A stretch of DNA of 64,000 nucleotides, from the NCBI GenBank assembly GCA_973895155.1, contig OZ316891.1, positions 3,299,801 through 3,363,800 on the forward strand. The letters run 5' to 3'. Below the pieces are notes generated by a model. It ran no database searches and was not told the origin of the DNA. It was given only the letters and a program-made list of their open reading frames with translations. A program made the position numbers and the translations under genes. Below, in pieces: positions 50,401-64,000 of this stretch (position 1 is its first letter; the number at the start of each line of letters is the position of its first letter). Source of the stretch: Marsupella aquatica (Eukaryota; Plantae; Marchantiophyta).

Positions 50401-51854
50401 CGTCTCCAAAGTGTGGGAAACCTCAGAGCCTTGTCTGGAACGTCGCAAACGTATCGTAAGGTTCACTACTGACCGTATATGGGTCTCCTGTAGTCCTGTG
50501 AATCGACAGTCAAAAGGACCGGCTGGAGCCGGTCGTGTACCTTGTCCACTGTACGCTCACCCGTCTCACGCGCGTGCTGCCGGTCATGTACGGTTCCTAT
50601 TTGTTACGATTGATCACATACCGTAGACTCGAATATCTAATTTATAACAAAGTGCCAAAAAAAAGCAAGGAGCGCCCAAACAGGAGACATGAGGCTCGAA
50701 GGTAATGTTTAAGGTTTTTCCTATTGTGTCCGTGTGGCCAAGGTCAACTTGTGTGAACGAGAAGAGCTGAAGAGGATAGTAATGTTCATTATCTAACGCT
50801 AATAGATTATTTTTCTGACAGTCAGATCTCGTCTGATTTAAGGATGACTGTTAGATTCTGGTTAGTAGGGTCTTGGCTAGATTGCATTTTGGATATCTAA
50901 TTTTCGTGAAAGATGCCCCAAGTAGTTTCAGGCTGCCCCTATTAATTGAAAAGTGTTGGTTAATTTGGAGCAGACTTGTCAAATTATATGGACACCTTTT
51001 GTATCAGCTTTGTTTAAACTTAAAACAAATTCAGCATGCCCTCTGATGTCCTTTATATTAAGTGGCAAAATTTGAGACTTTTCTGACATCCTTTACTCCA
51101 TTTCCAATCAGCATGAAGAAGGTCAAATAACTGAAACCGGGCACTTCATGTGCCCTGAGTATTTTGGGCATGAACAACAATTTACTACAGGTTAAACCAA
51201 CTGAAACAGGCTACAAACAGTTAGGAGAACATTTGCAAGTCAAATTTAATCAAAACCATACCAAGTGCTATGCAAGCCTTTACATATGTTCTCCAAAATT
51301 CAGGTCAAGCTTTGCCAGTCCATCTCTGTTTCAGAACCAACCCGCAGTTTCACCAAACCTAAGTTTCAGATATTCTATTTATGGCTTGCTTCACTGTTGG
51401 ATATGGCACTGCTTCACTATTTGAAAGATAAAAATATTAAGTTTTAGAGCAAAGCATGCAAGGACTTGATGTCCCTAATGTTGTAGTCCACCTACCAAAA
51501 TCTCTTTGTCAAGTGTCGTCACCTTTCCTCCAATAACCCCATTTTTGCATACTTTTAAGGGGGAAATGGAAATTTGAACCAGTAGCTTTAATATTTAAAG
51601 TTTTTAAGGGCCAGGCGCTCAACTGTCATACCACTCAGGCCTTAAAAAAAACCTTTAGCACCATTGCTTGTTGATGGGGTTATGTTTTCTGTCTGGCTGT
51701 CCAGCCTTCTGTATTGATGTTCTTGCCGTATGATTACTCCCTTTCGCTTTTGGGCTGTCTCCAAAAGGAATTACTGAGTCAAATAAAGGATAGAAGCTTG
51801 CAGTGGGGTTACAGCATTTATGATAATGGAATCCTTACGATAATGCTTGGGGAA

Positions 51855-52491
51855 CCCGGTTTGACCTTGCCCGTCAAACTGGTCGAAAATCATCGGCAAA
51901 TCGGCAACCCGGCACCCGGGTTCGGGGGCAGTCCGGGCCGGGACAAGTTCGGGAGACATTCGGGCCGGGTTCGGGCGAGGTTTGGGGGAGGTCGGGGGAG
52001 TTCGGGCGAGTTCGGGCGAGGGGGAGTTCGGGTGAGGGGGAGTCTGGGCCGGGTTCGGGGGAGTTCGGGCGAGGTTCGGGGGACCGGGAGTTCAGGGTAG
52101 GTCGGGGCAGTTCGGGGGAGGGTCGGGGGAGTTTCAGGGGAGTTCGGGGGAGGGTCGGGGGAGGGTCGGGGGAGTTCGGGAAGGGTCCGGGTTCGGGTCC
52201 GGGGGAGTCCAGGACTCTAAACCCCGCCCTCCTTCCCCCAGCCCCGACCCCAGACCCGGGGCCGGCTGGCTGCCACCCCGAACCGGGGTCCGGGGGAGTC
52301 CGGGTTCGGGTCTGGGGGAGTCCGGGAAGGGTTCGGGTGAGTTCGGGAGGAGTCCGGGAAGGGTCCGGGGGAGTCCGGGTGAGTTCGGGAAAATATTGTG
52401 GAATATCCGTCAAATTGGTCATTTTCGAGCCGTCATTTGACAGTTTGACGTGCCCGGCAAGCCGTCAACTTGCCCGTCAGGTTAAACCGGG
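51855..52491. mobile_element. MITE-like DNA element with TIRs, 8-bp flanking direct repeat and G-rich GTTCGGG/GGGGAGT interior
   Basis: TIR CCCGGTTTGACCT (51855) / AGGTTAAACCGGG (ends 52491). TTGGGGAA on both sides (51847-51854, 52492-52499). Subterminal CCGTCA motifs at both ends. Confidence 0.8.
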
Positions 52492-53999
52492 TTGGGGAAA
52501 GTAATTGGTAGAAGCTTGCAGTGGTCGTTACAACATTTATGAGAATGGATACCTACTGTAGTGAACCTTGTATAAATGGAGCGTGGATAAGTGCACTTCA
52601 TGGATGAGTGAAGGCCAATCATATCATTCTCTGATATTACAAGTTTTTTTTTGGTAAATTGCATTAAAAAATTGAAATTTGCATAAATACATATTTACCC
52701 TCACTATATGATAAAATTTTAACATTAAATGATACACAAGTGCATTTTGCTCATAAATACACTTTGCATTTATCAATTACTATATATGTATACATAAGAA
52801 GCCTTTATTGATAAGTGCAACAAATAATTACATAAACTAATTTCATGTATTTATCCTCTTGAAATGGGCAATATTAGGGCTAGGGGTCACACACTCAATA
52901 CAATAGAGAAGTGCGGAAGAGATTTAGCACTTCTATGGATATGTGCAGGCTGGTGGTGTCTTCCTGATAGCCTACACTTAAATATGGTTCACTCTATGAT
53001 GCCAAATTTTGGTCAAGCATTCCTGCAAAATGCATCTTCTTGCGGCATTGTGCCCTGCCATTCTATGTTGTCCACTAGCACGCATTGCCCAATGTGCGCA
53101 TAAGGTGGAGTCATGAGGACATACATTTCCAAATGCTATTTATGGTGTGTAAAACCCACATAAGTGCAGGTTTTGCTCAACACATGTCATCCCAGCAAAC
53201 ATATCCCATCTGTAACTGTCTTAGTTGAGGCAAATTAGGTTCCAAGTTCAAGTTTCATAATTCAACAAGCTATTGCACAAAACCTCATCCCAAAGTGGGG
53301 TCCACCACAGCACTTTAGACAAAGGACTTGACGCTTAGAAATAGGCAGGCTAACATCTAAGAGTGGTGTCCAAGAAATTGTAATAAATGAATCTTCTAGG
53401 AATAATGCTAGCGGGCAACACACCCAACAGAGCCAATCAATTTCCAGGTTCTGGCAACAAGTTCCAGGAGCCGTTATACGAGGCACCATGCAAAAAGAAA
53501 AAGTGAAACTCCTTTTGGCCTTTTGGTCATTTATTTTGGCAATCAATTGGAGACTTCTCTCAATGTGAATTGAAATCGGTTTGGGACTGATAAAGTGTCT
53601 TCCATTCATTATGGTACTTTAAATATTCCATGAATGAAGTGGAAATTTCAAGTAATACTGTGTATCAGGTCATTGTCCCATCTTTTGGGTGTCCTCTTAA
53701 CACCTTGGCTTTTTATTTTTGCTGCAGAAAATCAAATTTCAACTTGCACTAGTGGATGGCATCGTGATCTTTTTGCCAGCCAAAGACCCAATCATAATGC
53801 TGATTGGCATTTCTGCTGTTCTTCACAGTAGCCATTTTGCTTTCCCTGTCTTGGCAAAACACATTTTGTTGGTCAATTGGTCAAAGAATGAGCCTAGAAT
53901 CGAAAGGTCCCAAGTTCAATGCTCCCTCCGCACACTAGGGGTGTAGTGGTGGGAGTAGTGATTATCTTCTCAACTTTGGGGCCCTGGTTTAATATTTTC

Positions 54000-54195
54000 T
54001 CCCTTCTGGTTTGGGTCCCTGTAGGATCCCTGGGTATTGTTTTCTTGTCCCTTCTGGTTTGGGTCCCTCTAGGATCCCTGGGTATTGTTTTCTTGTCCCT
54101 TCTGGTTTGGGTCCCTGTAGGATCCCTAGGTAGGGTATTGTTTTCTTGTCCCTTCTGGTTTGGTCCCTGTAGGATCCCTGGGTATTGTTTTCTTG
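54000..54195. repeat. 48-bp tandem repeat, 4 copies
   Basis: TCCCTTCTGGTTTGGGTCCCTGTAGGATCCCTGGGTATTGTTTTCTTG repeated. Confidence 0.95.
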
Positions 54196-55070
54196 TGATT
54201 ACCCTACATAGAATTGTATGCTCCAGAGCAGTAACTCCTCTATGTTCAAGACAAAGACACTGACGGCTGCATGGCTGAATGGCAGCCATGGATGCAATCC
54301 GTTTGTTCCCTGGGGAGGTGTGACATTGCCGGCTAGCATGGCAACCCACCAAAAAATTCACACAGCAGCACTCAGTCGAGAAACCCGGTGGATGGACTTA
54401 TATTAAAAAAATAAAATAGGGCAGGTGTAAAGCTGTCAGTGCATGGCTAGGTACTGAATTCAAGAACTTGAAAACCAATATCCTAATCACCCCTGTTGCT
54501 GCTGTTTCGAAAAGAATAATGTTCTTGGATAGATTTGAAAAGGAAATGAACAAACCCAAATCCTCTGGAAAAGAATTCTATGTCGATGCAAGGCATGTGG
54601 AAGCTCAAACTATCCAATCCACTTTATGGGTTCATTCTTTTCTAAGTCTTTCTCTGGTTCATGGTTTTCTGCCTACTGTTATTTCGTGCTGTCGTAGAAA
54701 TTTTCAGCCCGATTTTAGCCCTCTGTTATGAGCATCATCTCTGGGAGGCTTATTAGTTTTGCTGGCAGATTGCTCTGTCATTCAGAGAGTCGGTGAGTTC
54801 ATCTGCTGATAGCCATTTCTCCTACACTTCGTGCAATTACAGAATTCTCTAGCCAGTTTTGTTTGTCATAGTGCTACAATTTCGCTCGTCTCTCTCGCTC
54901 GCTTTCTCGGAAGTACGTCTCGGTTTGGAAGCTGTTCTACAACTGGGATGGCGTCGAGGTGTGATTCCGCTGTCATCAGGGGCCCTCTGTCTGTGTGCTC
55001 TCCCTGCTAATTGGAACACGGAAGCAAGTACAGAACAGGGGCATACCCTAGACAGCGCGCAGTTTCGCCA

Positions 55071-57357
55071 ATGGAGAAGAGCAACAGCAAGAAGGCTGGA
55101 GGGGCCAGCAAAGGCAAAGACAAGAAACTCAAACGCAAAGAGGTCAGGTATGCCCTGCCTCTGCTCTAATTTAAACTTAGGGTTTGTTTCACCATCTTGC
55201 AGCATCTCCCCTGCAAGCATTATTGCATTGAAGCGTTGATCAGTGATCAGCACATCGAACATTCACACAGCATCGCCGTTTACAACAGGAACTAGCTAAG
55301 AAGAAGGCCACAGAAGACTTGGTGAAGGCCGCATATGGAAAGTCAAATATAATCGAGGAATTTCCTGCATTCCTCAAGTATGAACGCAATGGTGAGTGGA
55401 ATTTGCATTGAATTAAATCCGTGTACTCTTCATTTTAGATAAGGGTCGGCATTTTATCAAATTTTATGTCTTATCATGAAGCTTAATTTCAGAACCCTAA
55501 ACCCTGAAATTTTATCAATTCTCCCAGTCATCCAGCACGGTTGCATTAGTGAGCACCATTTGCGGTGGGCTTTGCAGGTCTGAATCTGGTACTTGAGTAT
55601 GGACATGGAGAGCAGTTGTCTCCGTCTTTGAAAAACTACATACAACGCCTTTGCAAGGTCTAATCCTCTCTAGGCCACTTTTTTAAATGGCTGTGATGTT
55701 GTCACGATATTCTACACGAGACAGGGTCGTAGTAATATATTTGCAATTTTCTTCGATGCGACAAAATTAGTGTCTTATTTTGGTTCTTGAGTTGACGAGA
55801 CAATTCTAGAGTGAGGTCAAAACTTAAAATTCTCACCATACATTTTGTACTGTTACCTGCGACTGTTCGCTTTTTACTTCCTTTTCGGGCATACAGTTCT
55901 CATGTTCTCTCGTTGGTTCTCGTATGTGCTAGAGCAGGTAAATATGGAAGTACCATTTGGAGATGAGTGGCCACAAGAAGAGAAGAACAAGCGCCGCGAC
56001 ATGGTTTCGCCAGAGGCCCGGTATATCTTTCTGCGACAGTCCTGTGGTGCACAGAATGATTCCAAGGATGATACTCAGGCTCCTCAAAGTCAAATTGCTG
56101 GGGGAAAGGAGCAGGGATTGTGGGATGGAGAAGGAGACCCAGTCGTTGCTTTCGTCCAATTTCGATTTGTTATAGATCATGACGTGCCTGTCCTTTATGT
56201 TTATGAAATACAGCTGGAGAGCTGTGTTCAAAGAAAGGGATTAGGCAAGTTCCTCATGCAGTTCATAGAACTCATTGCCCGTAAGGTTTGTGTTCTCATC
56301 ACTTGTTTTCCCATTGCTGAACTTTAATGTCCCATTTATTTAAGTAATTGTTAAAACAAAATTATTAGTCACGTCTGTCCTCATCAAAGTTTCAAGTCAT
56401 TCAGTACTGGTTTCAAAATCCTACGTACTCATACCGAAGTTTTATCTACTTGAGGAATCTGCCCAAAGGAACACTCCACAATCCCTGGGAACACGAGCCT
56501 TGTAGGCTTTATCTCACGACATGTGGGAAGTCTGGGTCTAAACTGATGAAAGCTGATGGTTGCAGAATCATATGAAAGGAATATTACTAACCGTACAAAA
56601 GAAGAACACAGAAGCTATGGCTTTCTACATTTCCAAATTAAGGTACGTAAAGCATTCTTCACGCTTTTTTATTTGACTTGGTTCCTGCCGCCAGTGTTTG
56701 ATGTTGCACCCTTATGTGAGTGAAGAGCTTATTTCGTCAAATGTGGCTGACTCGTTGAGAACTTCTTAACTTGAATGCGTCAGATACATTATAGCAGCTG
56801 TTTCTCCATCGCGTTGGGATTCACTGGTGAGTGAGTCATATTTTGTTGGGCAAGCTTGTCATCAGGGTTTGAGTTTTGTTAAAGGCTTTCATAATTGTGC
56901 TTGAGAGATATGGAACTTGGACAACAGAGGACATTCAGCAAACTTGACGCTGACAATAGAGGACTTTCAATCCTTACATCTCCATAACCTGTCGTTGCTG
57001 ACTATGATTATCCCGCTGGAAATTAATTTGAAATTTTATATGGTCTGTGAGAGAAGGCTGGCGCAGATGCAAGCTATGAAATATTATCCAAGACCTTTGA
57101 CCCTGAAGCGAAGTCCATCTTAGAGGTAAATATGCTCTTCGAAAGGAAATATAACCAGGCGACGTCTTTCTGACTTCACTGTCTGTAGATCATTCCATTG
57201 TAGAGTCCAAGTTCTGGCAGGTTCTCATTGATAATTACTTTGCATACATCGCATCCGGTTGAACTTGTAATCTGGCTAGATAACTCAACCATGTTACTTG
57301 GAGTGTGTACTTACTTTTGTATCTTGTGCCTGTCAGGACGGAGTTTCAAATGTTTAA
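55071..57357 (+). CDS. NAA40: N-alpha-acetyltransferase 40 (NatD, GNAT); exons 55071-55142, 55289-55391, 55578-55657, 55938-56285, 56566-56642, 56784-56826, 57057-57125, last exon probably 57337-57357
   Basis: FLKYERNGL; NMEVPFGDEW..EEKNKRRDM..PEARYIF; VAFVQFRF; VLYVYEIQLE..VQRKGLGKFLM; LTVQKKN..A..FY; SPS; SYEILSK. GT-AG introns in phase; last exon uncertain. Confidence 0.9.
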
Positions 57358-60300
57358 TTGCATCGCAAGTTGACACGTCAATATGCGCGAATGGAATCCC
57401 TTGCATTCAGCCTGAATCTTTTGGCTGACTTGAATTGAGGGCCAAAAGTAAAATGCAGGAGAAGAATTCACTTTTCCATCAGCACTTAGAAGGGTACTAA
57501 CAATCGTCTCACCTTCGCTGGGCCGTTAAATTAATTCAGTCAGTCTTTCTACTAAAGGCATGAGTACGAAATGTACTCGATTGGGAAGCGACAAGCACCG
57601 TCATGGGCTACTAGAGTTCAAAATTGGAAATGGAAGACTCGGCCTAGATCATCTGCAGATTACTACCAAAACTCAAATATCATGTCTGGTTTTCGGGCAT
57701 CACCTATTCCAGTGTACAATCGTAACTTGCAAGTACACTTTCCCGAATTTGTTTGATTGTTCTCACTGAGTAGTAAATGCGTGTAGTAGTGATCAGCCCA
57801 GATCTCCAGGAACGAGTTTTTCCCTTCTCGACTTGGTGTGGAACTGAGTGCGTTCACAAAGTAGGCAACAAGGGCGATTAAGGTGACCAAACATGCACGT
57901 TTCGAGCGAGTATTCAATGTAGGCCAGGTGCTTACAGGATGGGTTGACCTGGCCAAACGAATGCGTCTGATTGAAGGAGAATTTTCGGCAGTCGTGCCAA
58001 GTCATGACACTTGAGCAAACTGGCCTACTTTGTTTTCCGTTCTAAGGCCAAGACTCTTGGCAACCTCAAAATAATAATTTATGCTTGAAGGAATGGAGGA
58101 GGCACGGGTATGGGCGAAATGTTTGCAGGAAAAGTCAATCTGCTTGGAGTGTGGGGAGCATCTCAGGAAATGGAACTTCCAAAACACTACAGCAGTGTGT
58201 GCTGTCGATAGAGATGCATTTAAGAGTGAGTAAAAAAGAAAGGGTCCTGAGATGGTCTAAAGCCGCCTAGTTTAATGGAGATCAAAATTGGGAGAGGGAA
58301 TATAGTACAGCTTTCCTAGGGTATTGTGAGCCCATTTGAATTTTCCATTAAAAAAATTATTTTGAGATGGTCCTCTTATTGTCTCTTGGTAGAAAGAGAA
58401 ATATCTCAAAGAGAAGAAAAGTATTAAAATCCCACTCAAAATGCACTGAACTGGAGATCCTATATGAACTTGAACGGTCTTATCTGAGCAAATGGCATGG
58501 AAATACCACGAGGCTTATACCTCCAGTAAATTACATAGCATAAAGGATAGTTTTGGAGGGAAATAAGTTTCAAAACAAAGCCAAACACTAAAAACCCTGG
58601 AGGAAATAACAGGGAAGTACTTACAATGTGGATAGGATTCATTGTGTTTGTTCAGAACGCCCCCCCCCCCCCCCAACACACACATCCATTCCAAAATTCA
58701 TGGTATGTGGTCGCACCATGTCAAATATTTTCATCACAAACACACGAATGGCCAGGCTTGGGTCCAACTCATGGTTAGGAAAATACGTCACTTTCATCCA
58801 ATGGTCAGGGACAAGTCCATTCATGTCAACTATTTTTGTCGCTAACACTAATGGCGATGTTTGGGTCCAAGTCATGGTTAGGGAAATATGTCACTCTAAT
58901 CCAATGGCCAGGCAGGCTTCCGCCCAGAATTTTGTAAGTAGACCATGAGAAAGAAAAGAGTGTCTAAGATTGTAAATTATATGTTTAGATGGAGTTAAAA
59001 GCACTCTTTCCACACCTAACATTACTGCCAAATTTGCAGTTTACATATCAGCCAACGCCTTTCTAACCTCCTGCAAGTATGGTTGTCATAAGGTGATAGT
59101 CTACGGGTGGGTTGATCATCTTTCCATTGCAAGGCCTGCAAATGATATTTTGAAATGTGGCTCAGCTGTCCTATTGTTGGAATATAGGGCTGATGAGTAC
59201 TGATAGAGCTATCATGTGATACTTGTTCCAACTCTGCCCTGGATAGCTTAAACCACAAGATCCCGTGTAAAGTACTCTTAGTAACCCATACCACTCATTT
59301 AAACTACAGTACAATATATGTATATGAAAGAGCGTAGCATATATATTTTCAGGAATTTATTAGCAAGCGTCATTACGTTAGTTCAGCATACGGGGTGATC
59401 ATCTATATGTCAAAATGCAGATCTTGGTGAGATTTACATTCCACAAAATACTGTATCTAAAGTTGTTCATATCTTTTAAGAAATGAACAAAAATGTTTTG
59501 AGGGTACTGGGCAGCATTATTTCTTAAGTACAAATTATAATTCCACCTCCACTTGGATCCTTTGCCATATTTTTCAAATATTGGCCAGCTAATTTGGTGG
59601 TGATTTTCCACTATCTAGGAGTTTGCCAGCATCATGTAGTAGGCCAACGGAATTCCCCAGTTCCTTCCATTGTTTACTGGCTTGCAATCACCAAAAAAAT
59701 TGATACGCAATTGGGCCTGATCGCCATCATTCCCACTTCCCCTGGATCAAGCTTTGCCAGTGATGTCCGCCTCAGGACTTACGGTTAGCCCGCATCGGGC
59801 AGCCAGACACCTGCTGGTTTGTGCACGTGCACAACTGCGCATCATTGCTTGTTTAATTCCAAAGGACGGATGGACACCAGACTGAGCATGCAAAATCAGA
59901 TACCACTTACCCACTTAATGCGACAAAACCTGGATCCACCAGGTTTCACCATTTTTAGTATATTTATCTGAAGTTGTGGAGCAAAGTCTCATGAGAGATA
60001 AGAGGAATGTGAAAACGAGAGAAATCTTGGACACTTCACCTTTTATATGGCCAGTGGTGGTATATGGTGAGTTAGATGCAATAAATTGTACCCCAAAAAT
60101 GTGTCACACGTGTTTTCTTCTTTCATCCTTAAACTATAAGGTGTCTCGGCTCTGCATGGAGCTTCAGTTCTGTACTCTGACTTGTGGGGTTTGGTAATCT
60201 ATGTACAGAAATGATAAGCCAGTGCTAAGCTAAGTGTGGGACATTGGTGGAGGCTGACCACTTTGGTGCAACAACATGGCTGCCCAGGATAGCAGCATCG

Positions 60301-62830
60301 AGGCTGAGCACATTGTGTTTGGTGTTGTGCTCAAAACATAAGAGCACATTTTGTAAGGCTCCAGATGACAGTCATGGGAGTCGCATTTTGGGTATTTTGA
60401 GACAAGCCAACCTGATTTTTGAATATACTTTTGCCATTTGTCATTTTCCACATGTTGGCCTTCAACTCTCCTCGATGTTTTCCAAGAAGTGTGGCTTTCA
60501 TGACAGTGTGCTGTTTTGGATGTGTAACTATGTGTCTTCTCGAAGTTTTCTGGAGGAATGTGGCTTTCATGTGAGTGTGCTGCTATGAATGTGTCCTTAT
60601 TTGCCAGTGATTGTCATTCTCCACAATTTCCATTCACCATCTCCCACTACTCTCCAAAAATTCCTTTTGAACACTTTGGTCAACAGTGCTCAACCTCAAT
60701 CGCCAGTTACTGCAAGTATGCTTAACCTCATTCACCAGTAAAAGCTAGGGCTGGCCGCTCCCAGTAGGCAGCTCCCCTACCTGTACAATTGGGGAGTTGG
60801 CCAGTGTAGCAAAAATTATAAAAACCTTCAAGAATATGCTGGTACTAGGGTCCTGTGATGGGAAAAGTAAGTGATAGTTCACCTAGGCAAACCAAGAGTG
60901 GCCAGATATGGGCAGGGCCCCAATTTAGAATGACAGCTGTGGTTTAAGAATGCCTAAAATACTTTTAACTTGCTGAGCCAGAATATTTCTGTTATGATCA
61001 CCTCTTGGATCCAAGGTATGGAGTTAGGAACTCCACAGACGTGGAAGAGATCATTAACTTCATCTTCACCATCTACTTCAGCTGACCCTACACCAACTTC
61101 TTTGTTTCGAGACCTGCGAGATCTTTGCAAGACTATGTAAACTTCCCCTTCTACATACCCTCATCCACTTACCACTGTATGAAAACCTGCATCGCGTACA
61201 TGAGGTCGAACTTGTGATCTAGTCTGATACTCCCTGATCTACACGGTGTTGTGGTATCTCATCTATGACATGGAAGTGTTGGTTTTTCTTTGAGCAAATT
61301 GTAATTGAGCTCTGCTCCATTTCAAAATGCAGCTTTTGCTTGTTGTATGTTCTATATTGCTCTTCTAAACTTTTGTTAGCTGGGGAAAGGCACCATGCGC
61401 GATGGGGTGTGGACCCACCATGGCACAGACGATGAAACGCCTTCATGGGTCAACGTGTGCTCCTCGGATTCCCTCCACTGTAGGCATAGAACGAAGAGCT
61501 CTTACTACCAAACGCAGATCCGGCCCACAAACTGATGGTAGCACTTTTGCGCGCTACTCGATGTAAGGTAGAAGTGTAGAACCTTGTCAAGTAGGATGGC
61601 AGAGTCACGTCTCATGATGGCGCTCACAGTGAGAGTTCATTTGTAGAAAGAGTAACTTGAAGCATTAGCGTCTACAGCTAGCTCGACAGCGTACTAGGGT
61701 TCTTCAGACTGTACAGTGCACGACGAACAACATTCACATTGCGTGGGTTATGTCTTGGGAGGAGCGAGCACAACCTAATCATTGTTGACAACAGCACTCG
61801 TTCAGCCGGTTGAGGATGGGCTGTAATTTAACGAAGACATGCAGTCAGTGACTATGTAAGTCTCGAACTTCGAACTTCGATAGCTGTCAGATTACATTGG
61901 GTACAAATCAATCAAGCTTCTATTCTTTCATAGTGCACATCAGCTGCACCAATTGATTGCGAGAGCAACCATTATTTGCAGTGTAGTGTGCACCAATTCA
62001 TTTGCTAAAGCAACTATTATGTGCAGTGTAGTGCACATCAGTTGCACCAGAATACAGCGTCAATTTCTCGAGCAAAGAATTGAAAACATTGACAAGGTCC
62101 AGGAGCAACAGTAGAAAAGACGATTAATATTGGTTGGGAAAACTCTGCAGGCACGACGGACAAGGTATGACAACGAAACGAAAAAGGCTTCAGGGTATTC
62201 TTACCAAATACCAGGAAAAAAGGTCAAGCAGATAGAAGACTGGAGACAAAGCCTCGAATTTAGCATCCTAATCTGGCAGATCGACGATGAGGGTATGGTC
62301 CCATGGGAGTCATGCTCATAACAGTAGGCAATTCCATGAAAGACAAATTCGCTTTCCATCCAGAGACTCCAAAGACGAAACAAAAAGAGAACACTTCTAC
62401 CACGTAACGCAGTGAAGTGAAGAACCAAGTATTTATAAATGGAAATCTGTTATGGTACAAAGGATTGTCGGTCTACATGTCCATCCAACAAGGAGATGCA
62501 ACCAGGACAATGTTCGAGCATGTGACGCATTCCTTGATACTACAAATCAGCTTTACCGAAACAACAAGTACCCCTTATATACTCTCTTTGATGGATAGGG
62601 GTGAGCGGAACGGAATCCTCTTGTCCCTGAACTACTCCCCGTAATCGATATGGGTAGGGGGATTACGGGACCGGTGGTATGCGACAACTCATGAGAGCGC
62701 CTGATTTTGCGTTATCATCACAAAGGACTTCCGTCAAGAGATCAAACAGAAAGGACTAATGAAACCCTATTCTTCTTCTTTAGCGGGTGTGGGTCTCCAG
62801 TTGGGGACGAGATCCTCATCAGCATTCGCA

Positions 62831-63238
62831 TTATGCAGCTCTAGACAAGTAGTAGGACAATTGTCTGGATCCAAATTCTGTTTCAATGTCAGCAACCGTC
62901 CAGTTGCTAAAGATGTCTCTACGCACGGCATGACAGCGGGTGAGCCGAGGCTCAGGGAACACCATACGGTCCAGGGACACTCCGGAGCAACCTCCGAACG
63001 AGGCCTTCGCTCTCTGTGAGGCGGTGAGGCGATGGCCGAGATTGTGTTTCCGTTTAGCAGAGGAGCTCCTGGCTGGTTTCTTCGAGAAGCAGGTCCTCAT
63101 CTCCCCGCCACACCCATCTACGCTGTCGTCGGATCTCACAGAGGTGATGGACATGTTATTCGCGCGGAAGGAGTTATCCATCCTGAAAGAGTCCGTCGAA
63201 TTCTCCGTCGCAATGCAGGCCAGGCATGCCAACGACAT
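62831..63238 (-). CDS. Small conserved plant protein of unknown function (MSLACL.C...PRL.R..AVRRD...W family)
   Basis: N-terminal MSLACLAC and C-terminal EPRLTRCHAVRRDIFSNW match a recognisable uncharacterised land-plant family; ATG at 63238. Confidence 0.8.
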   Translation of the reverse strand: MSLACLACIATENSTDSFRMDNSFRANNMSITSVRSDDSVDGCGGEMRTCFSKKPARSSSAKRKHNLGHRLTASQRAKASFGGCSGVSLDRMVFPEPRLTRCHAVRRDIFSNWTVADIETEFGSRQLSYYLSRAA

Positions 63239-63565
63239 GGTTAGCTGTTCCCGCACCCCTCCCTCCCCTCCCCTCCTTCCCTTGCCGGCGTCAAATCTGC
63301 AGTCCAGAGCCAGGAACTTGTCAAATGAATTGTGACCATCCAGAAGTTTGCGGACACCCCCGCAAAAGCTCCGACCAAGGAGGAGGAATAGGAGGAAGAC
63401 GGAGTAATTCAATGGAAGGACTACCAAATTGGGCCCTAATCTCTAGTCATGCTGACATGCAATGAAACACCACCACTACTGTGCACAACATGCACAACAA
63501 TCCCGGATTTATTGCCTGGTATGTGGGCTACAAGGGTGCGGGGACATGACAGTAGTCTCACCCCA

Positions 63566-63567
<2 letters not shown>

Positions 63568-63614
<47 letters not shown>
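63568..63614. repeat. (GA)n microsatellite in probable 5' UTR of the gene at 63238
   Basis: About 23 perfect units. Confidence 0.95.
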
Positions 63615-63616
<2 letters not shown>

Positions 63617-64000
63617 AGCAAGGAAAACAGACGGAAACCTAATACCATGCCAAAGAACCACGAAGATCTTTGTTGCCGACTCCCCCTACCCTCTGAGCAC
63701 TTCGCAGCACAAACAATCTCTCTCTGTAGGACAGAAATGCTCAGAAAACGCAACAAAGACGCCACACATGTGCGTAGAAAGGACACTTTTAGGGCTTGAG
63801 GTAGAGAAGGCAACATCAGAAGAAAGACAACCCACCTGATAGGAAACTTTGGCCAAGGCGAAGTGACGAACCGAAATTCCTGTTCGCTCTTTCAATGCGA
63901 GATCACTCCTCCTCTCATGCTGCTCGACAGAATCGACACGCAAAGGGCCCGAAATAAAAGAGCATCCTTCAAACACGCAGCAGCAGAACGAATCACTCGA

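Noticed and set aside
51714-52422. Pro-rich and Gly/Arg-rich ORFs
   Set aside because: Artefacts of the G-rich repeat inside a TIR-bounded element.
53894-54361. ORFs with repeated peptides; CRISPR-like periodicity
   Set aside because: Simple 48-bp tandem repeat without unique spacers, in a eukaryotic context.
63436-63839. ORFs containing ERERER/LSLSLS
   Set aside because: Translations of a (GA)n microsatellite.

Overview
Eukaryotic nuclear DNA from a land plant; gene structure and protein sequences suggest a bryophyte, probably a liverwort (inference). Recognisable host genes are a small plastid-targeted At4g13200-like gene, a single-exon-CDS TOC75, a six-exon CYP704-family P450, kinetochore SPC24, N-terminal acetyltransferase NAA40, two conserved plant proteins of unknown function and an LRR-RLK remnant. 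The main find is at about 4.8-13.4 kb on the minus strand. Two diverged, decayed copies of a mononegavirus-like L (RdRp/capping) gene lie there, readable only by hand-translating across stops and frameshifts. Each is overlapped at its 5' part by an intact ORF in a different frame ('ORF A'). The two ORF A copies are homologous and show synonymous substitutions; one is spliced and the other intronless. This looks like a host-retained gene born from, or overprinted on, a viral polymerase gene. Other oddities are a probable U2-type AT-AC intron plus a U12 intron and decoy acceptor repeats in SPC24, a duplicated TOC75 start region creating a uORF, a G-rich MITE-like element, and a repeat with TATGG ends and a terminal hairpin. 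All homology calls come from remembered motifs, not database searches.
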